Positions 13,047 through 27,423 of a stretch of DNA of 64,000 nucleotides are shown one piece after another. The notes under the pieces are model-generated. The model was given only the letters and a program-made list of their open reading frames with translations, was not told where the DNA came from and searched no databases. Position numbers and translations under genes: made by a program. Each line of letters starts with the position of its first letter. Position 1 is the first letter of the stretch. Source of the DNA: Octopus bimaculoides (lineage: Eukaryota). The stretch spans positions 81,271,612 to 81,335,611 of the forward strand of contig NC_068987.1 of NCBI RefSeq assembly GCF_001194135.2, given 5' to 3'.

Positions 13047-16000
13047 GTCCAAAATGATACAAAAAACAAAAGACAGTCAGGAGAGGACATTATAAGTATT
13101 AGTTTGACACTCAGGAAAAATGGAAAAAGGCTTCGACATTTCAAGCTTGTACTTTCCTGCAGAAAGAAATGAAGAGAGAAAACAGATGGAGGGAGAAAAA
13201 AATCAAAAGGAAAAAACATGTCTGGATTAATGTAAAGCAACCCTTATGTTAGTGAAGAAAACTTATCCAAACTAGGATCAACACCAGTTAGATAGACTTA
13301 GTTCAACAGAGGAATTACGATGGTGATATTTTCTTATGACACCGTAAGTTTTCAGGTTTATAAAGGAGAAACAATATTATTAGCGATAATCTACAATTTT
13401 CAACAACTGATTGCAATGCAGACTCATCTTGCAAGGATTTTCTTCTCATTAGCAGTAGTAATTTTAACTCATGTAGGTTTATGTGTGCATGCAGTGCTCT
13501 ACACTTTATATTCAAAATTAGAAGGTATTTGTTAACGGAAATTTAGATACTATTTCAGTAGATTATCTGCATTGATGCTAACTGTATCTACCAAAGTATT
13601 AAACCAGTTTAGGTTATGAAATATATATCTAAGGATCATAAAGAAGATTTGGGTGAATTCATTATGAAATGTAGCAGAGGTAACAAGGGCTGTCTTAGCA
13701 ATTAGTTTTCAACACTCTTGAGGCTACTGCACAGTTTAGAAACTGTGTTTTCTTGAAAACTGTCAAAGGACACACAAAGTTTCTCAAACCTGGTAGGAGA
13801 TGTGGTTTTACGCAAGATTTAGGTTAGAAGTAGGAACTCAATATGATGTCGGTAATGCAGCATATTGGCTTTACATACATATTGTAAGATTTATAGCGTA
13901 CTAGAAGGAAATCAGAACTTAAAATGTACCAGATGTTAAAGAGTAGCTCACAGCAGTTGTCTATAAGATACAGATTGCAAATCACTCATATTTCTACTAA
14001 GTGACATTTTTCTAGCCAAACATTACCAGCTAAAGTATAAATGCAGGACTTACTAAAGATTACTGAAAGGGGTTAGGAAGTAAAGGATTTCTTTTCTTGA
14101 GGCTAAGTGGAAACTTTGGGTAAGAAGATTGGTTGCAGTCCAGTAAAACATGAAAATAAGCATTGAAGGTTTATAACTTCTAGAAGTGAGCAAATGTGAG
14201 TTGACAAAATGTTTCACATCAAAGATAATTCAGGTATCACAAAGAAGTAATCTATAGCTTTGTGAACTTGTGAATAAACAACATTTTCCTGGAGAGAAAG
14301 TGTCTAGGTGTTATGACAATGGCACTCATGATAATCAAAGAGGATGTGGGAAAATGTGATTTAGTTAGACCTAAACAGATTATCTAAGTGGAGATATGCT
14401 ATATTCAGGCATATCCTATGCAATCTCACAAGGAAAATTTAAAATTGGTCTGAAATTTATTTATAAAAGCATTAAAATTTAAAATCTTTTCTTTAATTAA
14501 CAATTTTAACTGCAATATATAAAGGGGACTTAAATGTCAATGATTAACAACTTTGAACCTGATATGATCTAGGAATATCCTATTAAGCATTGAGGAAAAA
14601 TTCATTATGTTGTAACAGACGAGTGTAGTAGAACCACTCAGGTTTTCTTCAAAAAATTTCTGTTTTCTAAAACATAATTGTTTGTAAAAGATTATTTGTA
14701 CCATGTGTTTTTTTAAAATATAATTCCAAAACAATAACTTTAAATCTTCATATGTTGAAAATTATTTATTCAGTTATTTTATCAGTATTTTCTTGACAAT
14801 CATCAAGGAATTGAAAATGAATATAAATTATAACATCTTTAATTCATGTAATTCTTTAAACTGTTTTTCTATATTTTCCATTCTAAACCAGAATTTTTTC
14901 TTTTTCCTAATTATTTATATTCTCACAGATGTTTTAAACTTGTTTCATCTAATGATTTTTCATAAAGATTTTCTTATTTCTATTGAAAAAGCAAATTGTT
15001 TGTGAGCAATGGATTAATGAGGTTTATATTTCATTCTCTCTTTTTATTAATTTGGCTTTCCTATTATTTTTGTTTTTGTTTTTTATCTGATACTAAAGTA
15101 TGTATTTTCCTAAAGATAATGATATTTCTAAATATTACATAAAGGTTTAAGCAGTTTACTGTACAAAAATGAAAGTACAGAAACTTAAAAAATCAAACAA
15201 ACAAACAAAGCACCTCACCAAAAATAGGAAATCCTACATTAGAGAAAGCTTAAATAATTTTAAATCAGCCTTTGAATATATTTTATATAAATTATTCGGT
15301 TTGTTAATCCTCTACATTTTGCAAGCCGTTCTAATAAACTCAGAATTTCTTAGATCTGTGTTAACCTTATGTCATTGCCATAGGTACATTTATATGTATT
15401 CATTTTGCATGGCATTAGATAAAAATTATTATTGCATATACATCAAAATAAAATAAGTATTATTCTCAAATTTCTCTGTCCATCATCTTGTCTTTTAATT
15501 TACATTTGGACAGTTGTGACCTGTATTGCTCCTAGTAAATTGATACACCAGCTTATATGTTTTACATTAATCCAGGAAACTAAATATTTTCAAGTCAAAA
15601 CAATTGATTTAAAGTTAATAAAGCTAGTGTTAAAATATCTATTTTAGTTCCTAAAAATTAAATAACTAAATGTTATATCCTTTAAATATGAAAACATTTT
15701 ATTTTGTTTTGTGTCAGATTAAATATTCATGTAATAGAAATCAACTATATTCCTTTATTTTAGAATATTACTTTTACTTATTAGAAATATGTTTTGCAAG
15801 ACCTACTTCAACTAGAGGGTAATACTAATAACTATTTTCAGATCTGAAAAGCTCCTTTAAAATATTTAGAAATTAAGTTTAAAATATAGAAATAAGTAAA
15901 ACTACAACAAATTTAATGAACTTCATTACACAATGAAAAAGATTACATTCACGTTTTCAATACTGTTTAATGTCATTAGCATAAAACATATTTTTAATAT

Positions 16001-17251
16001 TTTGGAAATCTTAATGCATTTGGATAGGTTTTTATTATTATTAACTGATTGCTATTTTTTCTATTTGCATATCTTATGAAATTAGTTAAGTTTTGCTTGA
16101 AGAAATGATAACATTTCATGCACAATTTGCTCTTATCTCTTGAACATTAATATTGTGTGTTTTTACTTTTTTTTATCATAAGCATTGTCTGCAAGCCTTC
16201 TCTTCTTAAATATAATGCTATTCAATCTTTGCTGCTTTAAAAGCTAATATAATTTATTCTGAATATTAGTTTCTTTAGTAACAAAATTATTTTTTCTTTA
16301 CTTTTTCTTTTAGAATTAGGTTTAACTTCACTAGCTCTTAACTTCTCAACCTCATGAATATTTCAGGATTAAAATCCTTTCTTCCACATTGTTGTTTTAT
16401 CATTCTCAATTTCTTTTGAAAAAATTCATTTGTTCCTTTGCTTCCTTGTCTCAAAAGGAATATGCTTAACCTTTCTGAAAAAGCAGAACAATAATAATTT
16501 TGTGCTCTCTTGAAAATCATTTGCAAGTGACTTGTACCTCAAACATTAAAGTAATAATGTAACCTCATCATATAAATTTGCATTTCTCTTGTGAGATAAT
16601 TTATTTCATTGCAAAGGACAGCTTCACAACAAAGAACTTAATATATGGATTTGATTATTATCCTCTCTAAATCACTGAGGATAGCAATTTTGCATACATT
16701 TTTTTAGAAAGAATTTCTTCTCTTTTGTGAGTCACTTTTTGTTTATTGTATTTTCTATGATGATAGGAAAACTCAAAATAAGTTAAATGTCAATGCATAT
16801 AGACTAGATACCGTTGCTTTACATCATATATCAAATTTTACATCTCATTCCTTCACACCCATGACTCTGTATCTCTTTCACCTATTTTACATCCCCTCCT
16901 CAAAGTTAACATGGATTGAATTTTTTTTACTTTAAGGATTAGTATATAGCTTATTAAAGATTTTGTTTTAATCTCAGCTGAACATCCATTCTTACATCAT
17001 ATAAATAAAGTATTTGACTTTTATGTATTATTTACCTATGTAAGTTCTTAGATCTTTATGGAATTATGTATGAATTTTCCTGTTAATATAGTTTAGATTT
17101 AAATATATTGGAACATTAAATAATTTATTTTATTTATCAATTTTCAAATTTCAGTTTCAGTGTAAAATCTAAAATCCTTTTAAAATTACCTAAGGAAGAT
17201 AATACGCTATTCATAACAACAATCAATCAAGGTAGCAACAATGAACCCCTA

Positions 17252-17335
17252 TTCTTCTTCTTCTTCTTCTTCTTCTTCTTCTTCTTCTTCTTCTTCTTCT
17301 TCTTCTTCTTCTTCTTCTTCTTCTCCTCCTCCTCC
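17252..17335. repeat. (CTT)n/(CTC)n microsatellite
   Basis: Perfect trinucleotide run; source of the poly-K in ORF 17227-17544. Confidence 0.97.
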
Positions 17336-17339
17336 ACTT

Positions 17340-18010
17340 GGCCTTCAGTTTGTATCACTTCATTACAGAACTGCAATCCCCCACATATCTGTACCTGCAC
17401 ATTGCTTCTAATCCTACGTATATCCAGTTTTCCTCTTGATATATGCATTCTGTGCTTCATGCACATCCAGTAGAGCATGCTCATCCCATTTCTTTTCTTT
17501 TCCTCTGCATTTAGTGTCCATGTTTCAGTACAATGTACTGTCACACTTTATACAAATTCCTTAAACCATACAGTCTACCCATCACTCAAACATATATGCT
17601 TTTTGTTGCCTACAGAGACAATTGTTGTTCCTTAAACTTATTCCACTTTATTATTACTCTAGCTTTCAGAGCACACACTTCCTATGTAACAAGAGTTATC
17701 AACTACATCTAAGGAACCCACTGAGCATTTGAAAGAATTTATTTCATTCTAGTTTCTCATATAAATCTGTTATGCATGAAGTACTTATCTATCAGCCTAC
17801 TTGTGAAACACTGCAACTCTTGTGCACCCATAGTTTACATAAAATATATCTTATGGAATTCCAACTTAGCCCTTCTCAGGACATGAAACTTGGCTAGTTC
17901 CCAGATGGCAAGTAGTGTCTTCTTTCTGGTCAACTAAAACAATTTACCTTTGATAGCTTTGTTTAATGAGTGAGTCTTGGTTTTGCCTTCACATTTGGAA
18001 TTTCTAAACC
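17340..18010 (-). mobile_element. RTE LINE fragment (RT C-terminal part)
   Basis: HCTETWTLNAEEKKRNGMSMLYWMC, CKLWVHKSC, LDVVDN; homologous to 36947-37400. Confidence 0.8.
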
Positions 18011-19299
18011 ATAAGAGACTTACTTGTACATGCAGTAGCATTCACCTGGTTTGGGTTGGTTCCAACCAATGAGTTCATTACATCCCTCATGAATGATGAC
18101 CACATCTGGCAGTTGGCTCTAGCATTCCAGCAGATAAAGTAATGCTTCTGTCTGCAACCCAGATTTAACAAATGCCCCACTGGGAGAGTAAGCACATCAG
18201 ACAGCATGGATACCATAGCCAAAGTCATCATTCTTTGTTATGGTCTAGAATTCAGAGTTTTAGTGGGAATACAAATTCACATGTGGTCCCCAGTCACATG
18301 CATACACACTTTGGGATAGTGTGATCCATAGCAGCTCATCTTGCCATCATTTGCTGGCTGTTGCCAAGGATTCACTGACCAAGTTACCACTGATTATCAG
18401 GCCAAATGTAGCCTGGATTTGAAGTGGTTGGTACACATTCTGGTTAACTCGTAGCCAGAACACTAACAGGTGCTACTATTCTGAGTCAGAGCAGGGCAGG
18501 GAACAATAATGGCTAAGATGTGGTTTCATACTTCACGAAAACCTGGAACTCCTGTACCAAGAGCCCCACTATTGGTATAGTTTAAACCCTTACCATTAAT
18601 AACTGAAGAATGTCTGAGAAATTTTTATATATGAAAGAATAAACTAAAAGTAAAAGTACAAAAGCTAGAAATAAAATTTTCATTCTTTGACATGAGTTCC
18701 TATAGACAACCAGGGTCAGAGTACTATAATAAAGTTTGAGAAGTTAACCTTGATGGTCATCTTTCTGCACTCTAAACTTTTGGCCAAATTTTTACCTCTG
18801 TCTCACTTTTCTGATAACATTTCTGTACGTGGCTTACATGGCTCTGAAATGTCATTCATCTACATCTAGTATACTTATCAACTACTTGATTATTGAACAT
18901 GGTACCCTATCACAGGCCTCCATCACATTCATGAAAAGCTGCAAACTCTTTGCTGAGAATTTCTCCAGGAATTGTTTCCCAACAAAGGAGTCTCAATGAT
19001 AGCATGTTCTGGCACAACTCTAAATTACACATTTAAATTTTTTTTCTAATCAGTTATGCTATAACTTTTTCTGTTACATTCATAATTTGGTCAATCAGTC
19101 TGCTGCATCTGTAGTTTTTTCTTTGCCCTTGTAATAGTTGATGATGATGATGATGATGGTGGTGTTGATGATGATGATGATGATGACACTGCTATTCCAG
19201 TAATAAGAAATGTTCCACTGCCTAATTCAATCTGCAAGGGACTAACATGTAATTCTGTTATTGTCTCTTGTTTATGTTCTACTTGGCTGGATATCTTAG

Positions 19300-19560
19300 C
19301 ATCTCAACAGTTATCCCTGATAGCCAGGCTTCTTTCCTTGCCTTCATACCTTCACATCTTTAATGACCGTTTCAACCATATTGCTGTCAATTTCAAAAGT
19401 TGATTAATCTCTTTGGTCTACTCGAGCCTTTTTATTTTCTTTACACTGTCATTTTATTCAGCAACCTCTTGTAGTAACATTTCAAAACCTCCTCCCTCCT
19501 CCTTGCAACCAGTGAGAGTGAGTGTGATGCTATCATCACACACGTTCTTTTCACTAACCT
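19300..19560 (-). mobile_element. RTE LINE fragment (linker before RT)
   Basis: VSEKNVCDDS...KRLLN-like region homologous to 38150-38350. Confidence 0.55.
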
Positions 19561-19832
19561 GATTCAGATCCACAGGAATCACAACTTTGCATAAAATGAC
19601 TGTTTATTGAATGACATTTTATTGAGGTGACTTTTTATCAAAACATTTATTGAATAATTTCCTAAGTATATTATTTTTTACAATAATTTTTTTGTCATCA
19701 GTTATGTGAGTTGTGATTGTTGTTTAATATAATTGTGTAGACATCAAAACTTCAGATCAACCAATAGACAACGTGGTACAAATATGTCTTCCCGTATCTG
19801 CTTGAAATTGATTATTTTTGCCCATAGCTGAG

Positions 19833-20900
19833 ATGGAATATGTGTTGAGTAGAAGAAGAAAATATAAGATAATTCTTAATGGCTTTTCATATTTGAGCGA
19901 CAAGACTGTTAACAATACTGGAGATGTGACAAGTACTTGATATGTAGAAGCTAAATGTTGGCTGATGTAAAGGAAATTCAAAACCAACCAATTGACCACG
20001 ATCATGAGCATTTGAAGTGGAAAAGTTAGTGTCTAAAGTATGGGAAAAACTTGCTTACCTGGACAAGCAGACATTGACTGTCAACCAAGGTATGATACAG
20101 AACTTTTCACTATAAGCTGCTGGTAATCTTTAAAAAAAGAAGTTTTAATATAGATGGTTCACAGAAAGAAAGTAAAGGGCATATAGACAAGCTACATAAA
20201 ACAAGCAGAGAAGAAGTTTTATTAAAAGAGGATGATGAAAATAGTTTTTATATTTTTGAATTGCAAAGAAAACTAGACTTGCTTGTTCAAAGTGATGGAA
20301 AATTTGCTCTTGCTTCAGGTGATAATCAATTATATACCATTCACTTTCTGTATGGCTCTTTTATTGTTCTTTAGCTTATGCTAAAACTGATGCTGAAAGT
20401 GGAATCCTTTGAGTTATTAAAAAACAAAGACCTGGGATTTCACCTGAGACAATGATCATTGATTCTGGAGTAATTGCATTTAATGCATTTTCTAATAACT
20501 TCTTCCTACAGCTGAAGTTTTTAAGAATTGTTTTTCGTTTTCCAATTTTGAACTTTGTTGTTATAAATGTTAGCCTATAGAGATTTTACAATAAAAATTT
20601 AGAACATACTCATCTGATGAAATCCTGTGAAGCTCCAGCATTTGTGCTAGACGATGTATAAAAATTTCAAGTGCAAAGAATTTAGAACAATAAAGATGAA
20701 CATCTGCTTGGAGCTTTCATAGATTATTTTAAAATTATGTGGAATGGGGCTTGTTGGATATGAAAGATGATGGCCAAGATTTCTAATATGATGCTGGAGT
20801 GTATATAAAAATGAATTGCAATGTTCTACTCATAGCAGTGATGATTGTTACACTGCATTTAGTAAATATATTGAAATTGTGTTGCCTCATGGGAAAAAAA
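19833..20900 (+). mobile_element. Mutator-like (MULE) transposase relic with FLYWCH finger
   Basis: NGFSYLSDK..YWRCDKYLIC..HDH (FLYWCH), LLVQSDGKF, PETMIIDSG, NCFxF, APAFVLDDV, FIDYFKIMW. Frameshifted; TIRs not seen. Confidence 0.7.
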
Positions 20901-21399
20901 TGAAAATGTGAATAAAGTACAAGAGATATTTAATGAGTAAACTGGCTGGTGGTATTGATAACCCACCAAGAGAAAGAAATGACTTGTAGTGGATTAGTGA
21001 CTAAAGATCATTGTATTTGAATGTCATGCTGTTAATAATCAAATAATTAATTATCTATGTTTATGCACATAACTTATAAAATTGGTAGTTTCAAATTTTT
21101 TAGAGCGTTATTATTATTTTATTATTTTTTTGGAAGGAAATTCAAGTTTTATTTTTCATTTAATATCATGCTCTTATAAAAATTATTCTATGTTTAAAAA
21201 TATTCTTCTTAAAAATTATTCTTTAGAATATAATATATTTGCAAAATATAAATGTCATTTTGATAAAAAGGCATGCTATATGATCTACTAATCTGGAATC
21301 TCAAGCTAGAAAGCCCTGCCATATTATCTACTGATCTGGAATATCACACTCATTTTGTTTCTGTAACAGAAACCTCTTCTTTCTGCTTCTTATGTTCTT

Positions 21400-21900
21400 G
21401 TTTGGTATGCTCAGCATGTACCTTCTCTTCTAGTTGTCTAATATTGTTCCTTGTTCTTTCATTTTCCATTTATTCCCCAGGGTCTCCTTTTCTGTTCTAC
21501 TTCACTACCATGTCACCTTCTACTTGGCTAGAAATTGCCCCAAACACAATTGGTTTGTGGCTCACAGCAGGATGTCTCACTGAAACTCCTCACTGTTTAT
21601 ATGTTATAGTCCTCTGTTTTGTCTTTTTGATAAACATTTCACTTAATGCTTCTTTGAACCTACAGGTAACAAAGAGATCTTTCAACTGCTGTAGCTTTCT
21701 TCTCTATAGTGTTTCCCAGTTTCCTGAAGCTAGTGTTACAAATATTTAGGTCAAATATGTCAAAGAACTTTGAGAATCTTGGTCCTTCTTCATTATGTGT
21801 ATCGTGCAGTACCTTCATATACACCAGCCATGATTGTTGCAATCTGTTTTTGAGTGAAACAGCATGAGGAATTTGAAGAATTTCTCTTGCTTTTTACTAC
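21400..21900 (-). mobile_element. Possible very old RTE C-terminal relic
   Basis: Weak similarity to the RTE thumb region (ASENWETL-like, AVERS, WGNF..RR). Confidence 0.3.
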
Positions 21901-24900
21901 TATCTGTGCTTTAGGTTTGCTCCAGATGCTAACTGGGACTTCTCAGCAACACAACAACTTATATTGTATAACAAGGGAACTTCTATGTTTGAAATGCAAC
22001 CAAATCTTTCTCAAAGTGCACCTATCATCTTAAATAAGGAGAAAAATCTCATTGAATAATGTAACATATTCCTAAAAAGACTTGGTGATTACCATTGGAA
22101 TGCATTTGATCATAAGTTTACTCAATCAGAATTAACCCGTGGATAATCAGCAACAATAATAACAATTGTTAAATGTTTTTTGATCTTGCTGGGATTCAGA
22201 GTGCTATACACTATGAGTATTGATACACTTATACACATTTTCAGCATCCAAGAAGCACACTAATTGCTGACTACAAAGGTAAGAAATATTGAAGGAAAAC
22301 CTGATTTAGATGAGAGAAAAATTTAATTAGCATCATTCCAAATATGAGTTCTGGTTTTTTTCTCCTAATTGATTTGTCAACTGAATAGGAATGTTACTCA
22401 TGGAATTTATGGTGCTAATAATATTCAGTTTGAATCTGTTTATATCAGCATGGAAAGCTTTGTCAAAAGTATGGAGTTGTAAGTGAAACAAACTAGCAAC
22501 TGTATATTTACCTGCATTGATGATTACCTCAGAGGATCACTTGTGAAAGCTGAGTTAAGATACATGTTCTCTATTGAGAACAAAAAAATGATGAAATACT
22601 AGCTGGTGGTTGGAGATTTTAGAGAGTGGTTGAGAGGAAATGGGAAAAGAAATCATGAAGGACTGTAACTGGAAGTGTTTGATAACAATATCCACATGAA
22701 AGCTACTAATGATATGCAAAGTATAACCAAGGAAAGTGCAAACACCACCTTTATAAAAACATGGCTTGTTTATTACCTGAGGCTCAAGATATCTTTTGTT
22801 GCCACTACATGTATAGTTATTCAGATACCATTACACATCTACAGAACTTCAAAAATCAACATCATTTGATGAATAATCTCCCTTCCATTTAGTCTGGACA
22901 AATATAAGAACCATATGTTCAAAAGTGGCAACTGCATTAATAATCTCAAACACTATGCTGGATTACACATAACCTATAAGTGCACAGAAACAACAATTGT
23001 TGCATTCCGACTAAATCCATTCCAACTGCCTTTGCTGTAAATGTCATTAGAATCTCAGAGACACCAAAACAGAGTGAACAACAAAAAGATAGCATCTTAT
23101 CCAAATTGCAACGCTGAACCTTATACAATAAATAACTTTATGTCAGAGGGTACAGCATAGTCCTGGAAATGGAGGTATGGAGTATTTGAGGAAGCAAAAA
23201 GCTGTGGATTGCACTTATGTTATGGTCAACATTGTATTAGTTTCATTAATCTGAGGTGCCTAAGTGCTAAAAAATTACAGAAAATACTGTAATATGCTTA
23301 GGAATGTAAAAGCATACCAAAAAGAATTGTAATTATCAAAATTATATATTATATTAAGTACTAAAGTGATGTAAAATGCTAAAAATATAAATATAAAGCA
23401 GAAGACAACTGTAGCAGCAGAGACAGATTTATATGTATAGTTGATAGATAGTTATAGTGTAGCTGGGAAAGCCTATTCATCTTAGAAATCTGGAAAAAAG
23501 CAAGGATAAAATTTGTTGTTGAATACTCTCAATTAGCTCTGACTAGGCTGTGGCACAAAAGCAGTTAATTAGAAACCTTTTAATATTCTAATGTAAATCT
23601 TCCATAAAATGATTTAACTTGATAACTTAAAGTAAGAACAGGATACATGTAAGAGTATGACACTGTGAATTTCCTAAGTAAATAAAATCATTCTTCTCAT
23701 GATTTAACTTTTGGATGTAAATTTCTGAGATTGTCAATGATCACCATTAGAGAAAATAGAAATAGTTGATTAAAATGAATGCTGAGAACACTGACATATC
23801 AGCTTGGTTTCAAATACAAACCAATGTTTTAAACATTAAAAGAGAATTTAAAAACAAATGATTGCCATTTTATTCTTACAACTCAATAAAAAACAAACTA
23901 TAGTCCAAGTTGCTTTAGTAAGTAGCTTAGAAACATAAGTATCATTCATTAAAAAGGACAAAATGTTTTTTAGGTTTCCCACATTTTTCTTATAGTTCAG
24001 TAATAAAATATTTAGTCTCAACTATACTGAATGTGGGACAGTTCTTAGTTTGAATAATCTTACATGCAAAGCTAACTGCAAGTTCATCACTGAGGTATAT
24101 AAAATGCCATAACATTACCTTTTAGCATAGCTTCTGAATGTTTCAGTGTTGCTTGATGTTCAGTATGGTCATATCAGCAATCATTTCCATAGCTGAGTAT
24201 ACACATGTACACACCATATATCATTGTCATCTTTATTATCGTTGTCCTCCTCCTCCTCCTCCTCATAATCATCATCATCATCATCATCATCCCTTCTATT
24301 ACATTTTACTTTGTATCAAAACATGTATTTGTTTATTCAATATTGCCCGGAAACTAAACAATTAGTTTAACAAAATAGTTAATTCTATTATCGACTGTTA
24401 CCAGTATTTTGTGGGTGCCAAGGATAAAATTAAATTCAGTAAACTCATGCTAGACTTTCAAAGTGGAGAATCTAAGACAGTCTAAAAGCATTTCAAAGTG
24501 TTTCTAAACAGTAGCTTCTGCAATAATCTTTAAATGAAATTTTGAGACCAGAATTTCTTCCAAGATAAGATCTTAATAAAATCTAACTTGTCCATATGAA
24601 ATGCAAAACATGAACAAGTAAGAGTAATATTGTTATTCTCTTAACTATATGGCTATTTGTATTTAACTAAGTCTAATAATTATAATTAAGCTTAATACCA
24701 AAATATTGATTTAAAGAATTGTGATAAAAATATATTTCATATAACTATGTATGGTTAGTAGGGTAAAATTATTTAAGGTATACAATTTCTTTATTTTAAT
24801 AGCCAGAGGAGCTTATTTTAGAAATATCTTACATGGCAGAAATGTAGACAAATATAAAATAAGTATATTATCACCTTTCTAATTAACAAAGATGAGCAAT

Positions 24901-25264
24901 ATTAGGAAAGGTATTGTAAAGTAAAACAAAAATAGAAATGATTTAAGGTAGGAAATTTGAAGCAATTTTAGCTAATAGAAATAGCTATGAAAATAATACA
25001 AAATAAAGACAATGACTTTTGATTTTTTTTTTTTTTTTGGTATATTCAAAATGAAGCAAAAGTAATATGGGCTTAATAGATAAAACACTGAAAATGAATA
25101 TGAAATAAATTGGTACATTTTGTTTTCATGAAAAAATTATTTCCCTAAATTTAAAATAACTTGGTAAATCTATTTTGTATATCATTTTACTGAAGTAAAC
25201 TCACACACATGTGTGTGTTTGTGTGTTGTGTACACACACACACATGATTACAACTGCTCATATT

Positions 25265-25632
25265 TTCAGTCCCGTGGGTACTCTCTTTGTTCTAATGTTA
25301 TAAAATTTAGCTGACCAAAGCCTTGTGAGTGGATTTAATTGACAGAAACTGTAAGAAGCCCATCATGTATATATGTACTTATACATGTGCTTAAGTGTGT
25401 ATATGCTTGTATCTCCTTGTCTTGATATAGCTTGATACTTGTAAATAATTGTCACTATAATACAAGCAGTGTCATTCATTTCTAATATTCTGTGAGAACA
25501 TGTTTGACAATACCAAAATATTATCTTGCTTGGAAACAAATTAGTTTTTCCAACAACATATAGCCATATAAATCTGTCTCAATAAAGTCCACCCAACTCA
25601 TGCAAGTATGGGAAAGAAGCCATTAAAATGAT
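25265..25632 (+). mobile_element. tRNA-derived SINE with RTE-type tail
   Basis: Central GACCAAAGCCTTGTGAGTGGATTT..GAAACTGTAAGAAGCCC; tail CCAACTCATGCAAGTATGG. Confidence 0.75.
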
Positions 25633-25679
25633 AGGAAATTGGAAATGGTAACTTCCTAGACATTGGTTTCACTACTTTG

Positions 25680-26560
25680 ATATCAAATTAAGAGTAGTCT
25701 TAAAAAGTTTACAAAGTGTCAAATCTGCTGGTATAAACTCTGATTCCAAAAGTCTTTTAAGAATTGCTGGATAGAAATTTCCCTCCTCATCATGGATATT
25801 ATGGAATTTTAATAGATAAACCGTTAAACTTCCATATTCTGCTACCCACAATCTGGAAGTACTTATAGCAGTTTCCTATAGAAATAAAATATGAAAATAT
25901 TTTAGCAATTTACCAGTATTTAGTCAACAGTCTCATATAGTTTCTCAATGTTCTCTACCTAAATCTTAAGTTCACAAAAGAAAGAATCCTCAAATGAAAC
26001 TTATGACAGGGCTATCAAATGATACTATAAACCCAAGCAATTTTGAAATTGATAATCTAACACCTACTTCTTCTACTAATATACTTGGTAAATAAGCCAA
26101 CAGCCCAATTACACCTGAATTACATAATACAGATTGGGTATTCTAAATAGTCACTCAGATTTCATAACAATGAACATAAATGTTCTAAGAAGAAGAATTG
26201 TCCATTGGATGGAGATTGTGCTCATGAGAATGTAGTACACAAGTGTGTTGCTGCCATGAATTAAACTACTTGCTTTTACTTTGGATTGACAATCCAGTTA
26301 AGAGGAGAATTTTTGTCCATAGACATACCTTAACTGATGAAAGATTTAAATTTTCCTCATTGCTAAATACATTTCCTCCCTAAAATTCAAGAATATTGTT
26401 TGCCATATTATCTAGTTCATGGTAGCCATAGTGAAACTCTACCAAGAAGATGCTCTGCCTACATGAAGTCTGGGAATTTTATTAGCTTAAAAGGAACACA
26501 TGTTAAAGCAAATGAAACTAATTGTAAGCATAGACAAACATTTTAGAATTTTCTAACAAA
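25680..26560 (+). mobile_element. Penelope-like relic (C-terminus and GIY-YIG endonuclease)
   Basis: LLDRNFPPHHGYYGI, TVKLPYS, KCSKKKNCPLDGDCAHENVVHK..FYFGLT. Confidence 0.75.
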
Positions 26561-26739
26561 ATGTTTATTTTTATTAGAGTTACAAATTTTCATCTCCCTG
26601 TCTCTTTCTATAATTACTATGTTTTATTAATGATTGTACTTAACTTATTATAATTTTCACGTTTCAGTTTTATATTTTTTTCATTCCAAAGTTATTACAT
26701 GCTAATTTAATTAGCAAGAATGTTATCTTAAAATTTAGT

Positions 26740-27030
26740 GACAAGTTTCCTCCAGTCTCAAAAATCTTTCTTAGGATTCTTGCAGAATAAAGCATTGCAC
26801 TTTCCTACTGGTCAACAATACAAGTCTCATCTCCAATATCTTTCAGTGTCTTAAATAGTAGTTTGGGTGCTGTGCCAAGTGCACCAATTACCACAGGAAT
26901 AACTGCTGTCTTAACCTTCCACAATCTCTCCAACTCTCTGGCTTGGTCTTGATATTTCTCAATTTTATCAGTTTCTTTGGTTATTTCTGCTCTGTTATCA
27001 TATGGTATTGCAAAGTCTGTGACCTTGTTG
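26740..27030 (-). mobile_element. R4/Dong- or NeSL-type LINE 3' fragment (restriction-like endonuclease)
   Basis: DFAIPYD..KETDKIEKYQD..ELERLWKVKTAVIPVVIGALG..SARILRKIF. Confidence 0.85.
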
Positions 27031-27392
27031 TCGTTGTTATTATATATACCCTTAAAACAATTAATGTCTGAAGTATGTCTCATACACCATTAAACAAATT
27101 CTCCAAAAGTTTCTTTACCTTATATTTTATACTTAATCCAATATGTTTTATTTTCACCTTCTTTATAATATATCTGATCATATTTTCAAATCTTATTTTA
27201 CATCATTCTCCATGAAACTACTTTCTTTATTCACATACCTTCACCTTATCATGTCTCAGTCCACCTTAATTTTACTTTATTTTGTTTATACTTTATATCA
27301 TTTACGCCCATCTTTGCTGTATTTCAGCTTATCTAAAATCTATATTGCAGCATCTATTCACATGCCTTGTTACTTCACTAATATATTTTAAA

Positions 27393-27423
<31 letters not shown>

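Noticed and set aside
16338-16474. Minus-strand terminal exon candidate (RLSIFLLRQGSK...LRS*) with a strong acceptor
   Set aside because: No homology, no linked exon; such sites arise by chance in AT-rich DNA.
22236-24200. Several short exon candidates (e.g. + HPRSTLIADYK; - NMYLNSAFTSDPL; - 26-nt segment near 24065)
   Set aside because: Inconsistent strands and phases; cannot be chained without transcripts.
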